DNA of 64,000 nt from Rhodospirillales bacterium. Lineage in GTDB: Bacteria > Pseudomonadota > Alphaproteobacteria > JAJFIK01. Below are positions 58,619-64,000 of this stretch, in pieces. How positions within the stretch are numbered: the stretch's first letter is position 1; every line of letters starts with the position of its first letter. The notes beneath the pieces were generated by a model, which was not told where the DNA came from, did not search any database, and was given only the letters and a program-made list of their open reading frames with translations. Location: assembly GCA_021775005.1 (NCBI GenBank), contig JAJFIK010000009.1, positions 6,616 to 70,615 of the forward strand. The letters are read 5' to 3'. A program made the position numbers and the translations under genes.

Positions 58619-59776
58619 CTATTCCGCCGCGCGCTTGATAAAGCCTTCAAGGCGTTTTTTGAACTTGGCGAATTCAGGAAACACCGCGCCGCCATCTGCC
58701 TCGTCAAAGTCCTTGAGCAATTGCTTTTGCTTGGCGTTGAGTTTGGTGGGCACCTCAATCACCGCCTCCACCAGCATATCACCGCTGCGATTGCCGCGCA
58801 GCACAGGCATGCCCTTGCCGCGCAGGCGGAACTGGCGGCCGGTCTGGGTGCCTTCGGGAATGGAAATGCGCGCTTGCCCACCGTTGACGGTCGGCACTTC
58901 CACCTGGCCGCCCAAGGCCGCCGTAGTGAAGGGTACGGGCATCTGCAGATAAATATGCGGCCCCTCGCGGTGGAAAATCTCATGCGGGCGAATGGAGATG
59001 AAAATATAAAGATCGCCCGCAGGTCCGCCGCGCATGCCGGCTTGCCCTTTACCGGCAAGGCGAATGCGGGTGCCGTCTTCCACACCAGCGGGAATGTTCA
59101 CCGCTAAGGTTTGTTCTTTTTCTTTGCGGCCTGCCCCGCCGCAGTCGCGACACGGGTTCTTGATGGTCTTGCCGGTGCCGCCGCAATGGGGGCAGGCGCG
59201 CTCAATGGTAAAGAAGCCTTGGGTCGCGCGCACCTTGCCCATGCCGTGGCAGGTGTCGCAGTTTTCTGGTTGGGTGCCGGGCTCCGCGCCTGCACCGCCG
59301 CAGCGTTCACAGGCGATGGTAGTGGGCACGCGCACTTCGGTATCTTTGCCCAAATAGGCTTCTTCGAGATTGATTTCCATGTTGTAGCGCAGGTCCGCAC
59401 CGCGGCTGCGCCCGCGGGCTCCGCCACGGCCCCCGCCGCGACCGCCCATGACATCGCCAAACAAGTCATCAAAAATATCTGAAAAGGCGGAACCAAATTC
59501 AGGTCCAAACCCAGCGCCGCCCGGTCCCCGCCCGCCGGGCCCCCGACCTCCTTCAAAGGCGGCATGACCAAAGCGGTCATAAGCGGCGCGCTTTTCAGGG
59601 TCTTTCAGCGCTTCATAAGCCTCGCCAATTTCCTTGAATTTCACTTCCGCTTCGGGGTCGTCTTTGTTCTGGTCGGGGTGGTACTTCATGGCAAGTTTGC
59701 GAAACGCAGCCTTCAGCTCCGCATCGGTTGCGGTTTTGGTAACGCCAAGGGCTTCGTAGTAATCGCGCTTGCTCAT
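58619..59776 (-). CDS. dnaJ: Chaperone DnaJ
   Basis: J-domain HPD, G/F region, four CxxCxGxG zinc fingers. Confidence 0.97.
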   Translation of the reverse strand: MSKRDYYEALGVTKTATDAELKAAFRKLAMKYHPDQNKDDPEAEVKFKEIGEAYEALKDPEKRAAYDRFGHAAFEGGRGPGGRGPGGAGFGPEFGSAFSDIFDDLFGDVMGGRGGGRGGARGRSRGADLRYNMEINLEEAYLGKDTEVRVPTTIACERCGGAGAEPGTQPENCDTCHGMGKVRATQGFFTIERACPHCGGTGKTIKNPCRDCGGAGRKEKEQTLAVNIPAGVEDGTRIRLAGKGQAGMRGGPAGDLYIFISIRPHEIFHREGPHIYLQMPVPFTTAALGGQVEVPTVNGGQARISIPEGTQTGRQFRLRGKGMPVLRGNRSGDMLVEAVIEVPTKLNAKQKQLLKDFDEADGGAVFPEFAKFKKRLEGFIKRAAE

Positions 59777-59865
59777 GGGGCGGCGGTTCGCTTTGCGAAT
59801 TGGGTGGAGGAATTGAAAAGTGAGGGGAGCGCCATGGTTGTCATGAAGCGCTCCCGCTCAATCGC

Positions 59866-61806
59866 TTAATTGGCCGAAGACTTCTTGTCTTCGTCGTCAA
59901 CTTCTTCGAATTCTGCATCCACAACATCACCGTCGTCGGTGTTGTCGGCCGAGCCAGCAGCATCGGCCGCCGCTGCTGCTTCACCTTCAGCTTGTTGGGC
60001 GGCGTACATCGCCTCACCCAGCTTCATGGCGCTGGTGGAAAGGGCCTGCAGCTTTTCGTCAAGCTCTTGCTTGGTGACGTCTTCCTTCTTGAGCAGATCA
60101 GTGATCTCCTCAATGTCAGCTTCGATCGCCATCTTGTCTTCCGGTGCCAGCGCTTCGCCGTGTTCCTTGAGGGACGCTTCAGTGGAATGGGCCAGGGCTT
60201 CTGCCTTGTTGCGCACTTCCACAAGCTCACGACGTTCAGCATCTTCCGCCTTGTGCTCTTCGGCGTCCTTCATCATCTGATCGATCTCTGCGTCGGAAAG
60301 ACCGCCAGAGGCCTGAATGCGAATGGCTTGCTCTTTGCCGGTCGCTTTATCCTGTGCGCCAACATTGACGAGCCCGTTGGCATCGATGTCGAAGGTCACT
60401 TCGATTTGCGGTACGCCGCGCGGAGCGGGCGGAATGCCCACCAGGTCAAATTGGCCGAGGCTCTTGTTGTCCGCCGCCATTTCCCGCTCGCCTTGGAAGA
60501 CGCGGATGGTGACCGCGCTTTGATGATCTTCGGCAGTGGAGAAAATCTGACCCTTCTTAGTAGGGATCGTGGTGTTGCGATCAATAAGCCGCGTGAACAC
60601 ACCGCCCAGAGTTTCAATGCCCAAGGACAACGGCGTCACGTCAAGAAGCAACACGTCTTTCACATCACCTTGCAGCACGCCCGCTTGAATGGCAGCGCCC
60701 ATGGCCACCACTTCATCGGGGTTCACGCCGGTGTGCGGTTCTTTGCCAAAAAGGTTCTGCACTGTTTCTTGCACTTTTGGCATGCGGGTCATGCCGCCCA
60801 CCAAAATCACATTGTCGATGTCACTCGCTGACAGCCCGGCATCTTTCAGAGCGTCTTTACATGGACCTTCGGTGCGCTTGATGAGGCTGAGCACAAGGGT
60901 TTCCAGCTTAGCGCGAGTCAACTTCATGGTCAGGTGCTTGGGGCCAGAGGCGTCAGCGGTAATAAACGGCAGATTGATTTCCGTTTGCGTGGTGCTTGAC
61001 AACTCAATCTTGGCTTTTTCAGCAGCCTCTTTCAGGCGCTGGAGCGCCAGGCGATCTTTCTTCAGATCTATGCCTTGGTCTTTTTTAAACTCAGCGGCGA
61101 GGTACTGCACAATTGCCATGTCAAAGTCTTCCCCGCCAAGGAACGTATCCCCGTTGGTGGATTTCACTTCAAACACGCCATCGCCAATTTCAAGCACGCT
61201 CACATCAAAGGTGCCGCCGCCAAGGTCATAAACCACGATGGTGCCGGTTTGCTCTTTGTCGAGGCCATAGGCGAGGGCTGCCGCCGTGGGCTCGTTGATA
61301 ATGCGCAAAACCTCAAGGCCGGCGATCTTGCCGGCGTCTTTGGTGGCCTGGCGTTGGGCGTCATTAAAGTAAGCAGGAACCGTGATGACCGCCTGGGTCA
61401 CGCCGGTGCCGACAAAGCTTTCCGCGGTTTCTTTCATCTTTTGCAGGATGAAGGCGGAAATTTCACTTGGGCTCAGCTTTTCGCTGTTGCGGCCCTCAAC
61501 CCACGCATCGCCGTTTTCGGCCTTGATGATGGAATACGGCACCATGGCCATATCCTTCTTCGTGGTGGGGTCGTCAAACGGGCGGCCAATAAGCCGCTTG
61601 ATGGCGAAAAACGTATGCTCCGGGTTGGTGACGGCTTGCCGCTTGGCGGGCTGGCCGATCAGGCGCTCACCGTCTTCGGTGAAGGCCACCATGGACGGCG
61701 TTGTGCGCGCGCCCTCGGAATTCTCAATTACTTTTGGTGTGGATCCATCCATCACGGCAACGCATGAATTGGTCGTGCCGAGGTCGATCCCGATTACTTT
61801 TGCCAT
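59866..61806 (-). CDS. dnaK: Chaperone DnaK (Hsp70)
   Basis: Start at [23 protein letters not shown]-terminal EEVD-like acidic tail. Confidence 0.97.
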   Translation of the reverse strand: MAKVIGIDLGTTNSCVAVMDGSTPKVIENSEGARTTPSMVAFTEDGERLIGQPAKRQAVTNPEHTFFAIKRLIGRPFDDPTTKKDMAMVPYSIIKAENGDAWVEGRNSEKLSPSEISAFILQKMKETAESFVGTGVTQAVITVPAYFNDAQRQATKDAGKIAGLEVLRIINEPTAAALAYGLDKEQTGTIVVYDLGGGTFDVSVLEIGDGVFEVKSTNGDTFLGGEDFDMAIVQYLAAEFKKDQGIDLKKDRLALQRLKEAAEKAKIELSSTTQTEINLPFITADASGPKHLTMKLTRAKLETLVLSLIKRTEGPCKDALKDAGLSASDIDNVILVGGMTRMPKVQETVQNLFGKEPHTGVNPDEVVAMGAAIQAGVLQGDVKDVLLLDVTPLSLGIETLGGVFTRLIDRNTTIPTKKGQIFSTAEDHQSAVTIRVFQGEREMAADNKSLGQFDLVGIPPAPRGVPQIEVTFDIDANGLVNVGAQDKATGKEQAIRIQASGGLSDAEIDQMMKDAEEHKAEDAERRELVEVRNKAEALAHSTEASLKEHGEALAPEDKMAIEADIEEITDLLKKEDVTKQELDEKLQALSTSAMKLGEAMYAAQQAEGEAAAAADAAGSADNTDDGDVVDAEFEEVDDEDKKSSAN

Positions 61807-62041
61807 TTTATATTCTCCCATAAACGGCGGAATTCTGCGGGTCCTCCGCATTTGAAGCGGCCCGCTGATCCCCTAGAGATTTGAAGGTCCAAACCACCTC
61901 GCGGGGGTCTTGGGCTTTGGGGGCCCGTGATCTCCCGCGAATTCCAGCCGGATATAGGGATTTGAGCCCCCAAGTGCAACAGGGGGCGGGGCCATGGGTC
62001 GCAGTAATGAAAGGTACTTTAGTTAGGGCTATTGTAATTAA

Positions 62042-62079
62042 AGAAAAAGGCCATATTCTTTAATTACAAAACCCGCTAT
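62042..62079. promoter_or_regulatory. AT-rich perfect inverted repeat TTGTAATTAAAG-N14-CTTTAATTACAA upstream of fic
   Basis: 12-bp arms, 30 bp before the fic start. Starkly AT-rich in a GC-rich genome. Not CIRCE. Confidence 0.4.
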
Positions 62080-62108
62080 GAAAGTGAAAATACATAAGGA
62101 GCATCCAA

Positions 62109-63281
62109 TTGAAGCGCGGACACACTGGAAAGATAAAGAAAATCGGGCGCGGACCAAATGCCTTTGGTGCTTTTGTGCCAGCTCCATTGCCGCCCGTACC
62201 GCCGTTAGTGTTTGACCGATTGTTCAAGCAATCAGAAGCCGCCAGTCAGGCATTAGGACGACTTGACGGCATAAGTCAGGTGCTGCCGGACACTGGATTG
62301 TTTCTATATCTATACGTCCGAAAAGAAGCGCTACTGTCATCCCAAATAGAAGGCACGCAGTCTTCGTTTTCCGAATTACTCCTTTTTGAAGAAGAGAGTT
62401 TGCCGAAGGATCGTGAACTCGATGCAATGGATGTTTCCAACTACATTGATGCGCTACAGCATGGAGTTAAACGTGTAAGAGAAGAGTTTCCGATTTCAGT
62501 TCGGCTCCTTAGAGAAATCCACCAGCGACTATTGCGGTCCGGCCGTGGAACGGATCAGGAGCCCGGCGAAATAAGGCGCTCCCAAAATTGGATTGGCGGA
62601 AGTCGGCCTGGCAATGCCGCTTATGTTCCACCACCCATTGAGGATTTGGACAAATGCCTGAGCGACTTTGAAAAATTCATTCATACAGATCCGACGCCGT
62701 TACCCATACTCATTAAAGTGGGACTCTTGCATGTTCAATTCGAGTCGATACACCCGTTCTTGGATGGAAATGGTCGCCTTGGGCGCTTGCTTATTACGTT
62801 ATATCTCTGCGAACGGAAGGTCCTTGCCGAGCCAATATTGTTTTTAAGCCTATATCTCAAAAACAATCGCGATCGATATTATGACCTGCTTCAAAGAGTT
62901 AGATCTGAAGGGGTTTGGGAAGAATGGTTGGAATTCTTTCTTGAAGGTCTCAGGCTCACAGCAGATCAAGCAGTTGATACGGCGCGCCGGACACTCAAAT
63001 TATTCACCGAAGATCGGGGGAAAATCGGAGACCTGGCGCGGGCCGCTCCCACCACCATAATGGTACACGATCTGCTAAAAGAGCGCATTGTCACGAGTGT
63101 TCCAAGGGCTAGCGAAAGACTTGGTATCTCGCAACCCACAACCAGGGCGGCTATTGCCAATCTTGAGGCACTTGGCATCGCGAAGGAGATATCAGGCAAA
63201 AAGAGAGGAAAAATCTTTTCCTACTCTGCGTTTTTGAAAATTCTTTCTGAGGGAACAGAACCTCTTCCACCAATGCGATAG
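62109..63281 (+). CDS. fic: Fic-family AMPylase (class II, N-terminal inhibitory SxxxEG helix) with C-terminal winged-helix
   Basis: HPFLDGNGRLGRLL Fic motif. LSSQIEGTQ inhibitory motif near the N-terminus. Confidence 0.85.
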   Translation: MKRGHTGKIKKIGRGPNAFGAFVPAPLPPVPPLVFDRLFKQSEAASQALGRLDGISQVLPDTGLFLYLYVRKEALLSSQIEGTQSSFSELLLFEEESLPKDRELDAMDVSNYIDALQHGVKRVREEFPISVRLLREIHQRLLRSGRGTDQEPGEIRRSQNWIGGSRPGNAAYVPPPIEDLDKCLSDFEKFIHTDPTPLPILIKVGLLHVQFESIHPFLDGNGRLGRLLITLYLCERKVLAEPILFLSLYLKNNRDRYYDLLQRVRSEGVWEEWLEFFLEGLRLTADQAVDTARRTLKLFTEDRGKIGDLARAAPTTIMVHDLLKERIVTSVPRASERLGISQPTTRAAIANLEALGIAKEISGKKRGKIFSYSAFLKILSEGTEPLPPMR

Positions 63282-63311
63282 CCCCCTTAACCCCATCCGC
63301 TATTTGAGCCC

Positions 63312-63620
63312 CTAAGCCGCCTCAACGGGGCGCACCACCGCTTCAATACGGGCGCCATCGGCGGCGCGGGCGCGGCGGAGGTCAAAGTCCGTCTGCAGAT
63401 TCAGCCACATTTCAGCCGAGGTGCCGAAGAAGGCTGCCAGCCGCAGGGCCGTGTCTGCGGTAATGGAGCGCTTGCCGTGGACAATCTCGGAAATACGGCT
63501 GACAGGAATGTCGATGTCGCGCGAAAGCTTGTTCTGGCTCACGCCCATGGGGGTCATGAATTCCTCCAGCAAAATCTCGCCGGGGGGGATCGGGCTCAGG
63601 TTTTTTGCCCTTTTGGCCAT
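63312..63620 (-). CDS. higA: HigA-family antitoxin (XRE HTH)
   Basis: 102 aa. ...QNKLSRDIDIPVSRISEIVHGKRSITADTALRLA... HTH. Downstream of higB. Confidence 0.8.
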   Translation of the reverse strand: MAKRAKNLSPIPPGEILLEEFMTPMGVSQNKLSRDIDIPVSRISEIVHGKRSITADTALRLAAFFGTSAEMWLNLQTDFDLRRARAADGARIEAVVRPVEAA

Positions 63621-63631
63621 CTCATCTGCTC

Positions 63632-63910
63632 CTAGTGGTAGTCCACAATTTCAACATCGTCTGCGCCGCCCTCGCCCCATCGGAAGCAAAGCCGCCATTG
63701 GTCATTGATCCGAATGCTGTACTGGCCCTTGCGATTACCCTTTAGAGCTTCCAACCGATTGCCCGGAGGAATGCGCAGATCGTCCAGGCGGTGGGCGGCG
63801 TGAAGCAGCAGCAATTTCCGCCGGGCCGCGCGCTCAATGCCCGCATACCGTTTTACATAGCGGTCACCGAACAGTCGCGCGGTGTCGGCGCAGGCAAAGC
63901 TTCGGATCAT
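63632..63910 (-). CDS. higB: HigB-like toxin (RelE/ParE superfamily, plasmid-maintenance-system killer)
   Basis: 92 aa. ...LKGNRKGQYSIRINDQWRLCFRW... HigB core. 12-nt gap to higA. Confidence 0.8.
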   Translation of the reverse strand: MIRSFACADTARLFGDRYVKRYAGIERAARRKLLLLHAAHRLDDLRIPPGNRLEALKGNRKGQYSIRINDQWRLCFRWGEGGADDVEIVDYH

Positions 63911-64000
63911 GGGCGCAATCTATACCGCACGGAGCATACTGTCAAACAGAATAGCGCTATTCCTTAACCCTCTCTTTACCTTGCCTTTACCGGGCCCAAA

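Noticed and set aside
61860-62000. Attempted identification of a sigma-32 promoter or CIRCE element upstream of dnaK
   Set aside because: CTTG ... CCCTATAT-like elements are present on the minus strand but the spacing (8 nt) does not fit sigma-32 consensus. No CIRCE inverted repeat (TTAGCACTC-N9-GAGTGCTAA) was seen.
1-64000. Scan for CRISPR arrays, rRNA genes, integrases and transposases
   Set aside because: No regularly spaced direct repeats, no rRNA-like segments and no recombinase or transposase ORFs were found. Mobile-DNA evidence is limited to MITEs and att-like repeats.

Overview
High-GC alphaproteobacterial chromosome segment (Caulobacterales-like gene order) that spans the replication-origin neighbourhood. 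The conserved backbone is parB-parA-rsmG-mnmG-mnmE ... rho ... hemJ-hemH-hemE | candidate oriC | ppsR(DUF299)-maf-aroE-coaE-dnaQ, followed by secB-fxsA-tim44-mltA-smr ... hslUV. Other housekeeping genes include ribA, leuS-lptE-holA, nth, dapB, dnaK-dnaJ, and two tandem porin paralogs. The hemE/DUF299 intergenic region carries a perfect DnaA box and repeats, and two perfect parS palindromes lie in rsmG and just upstream of mnmG. Lower-GC accessory insertions interrupt this backbone: (1) a palindrome-rich island downstream of parB that carries a hypothetical membrane protein and a fossil parB 3' end whose differences from the resident gene are all synonymous; (2) an Abi_2-like abortive-infection gene between mnmG and mnmE; (3) a ~100-bp MITE-like element with terminal inverted repeats in three copies plus a half copy; (4) a ~9 kb block between mnmE and rho that ends with an acidic Cys-repeat secretory protein and a large beta-helix-repeat membrane protein; (5) a SAM-methyltransferase between hemJ and rho; (6) a prephenate-dehydratase-domain protein with a ~380-aa unknown extension, MITE-flanked, next to hslU; (7) a LexA-box-controlled dinD; (8) a membrane-protein island containing an SdpR/SdpI-like immunity operon, a class-II tRNA with a CCU anticodon, a 22-bp-direct-repeat-bounded mini-island, and four translationally coupled paralogs with a near-identical N-terminal TM helix, each operon capped by a paralogous 4-TM protein; and (9) a Fic/HigBA module after dnaK. 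The membrane-protein island (8) is the best candidate for an undescribed system. No rRNA or CRISPR is present. Many long antisense ORFs in the six-frame track are GC-driven artefacts.
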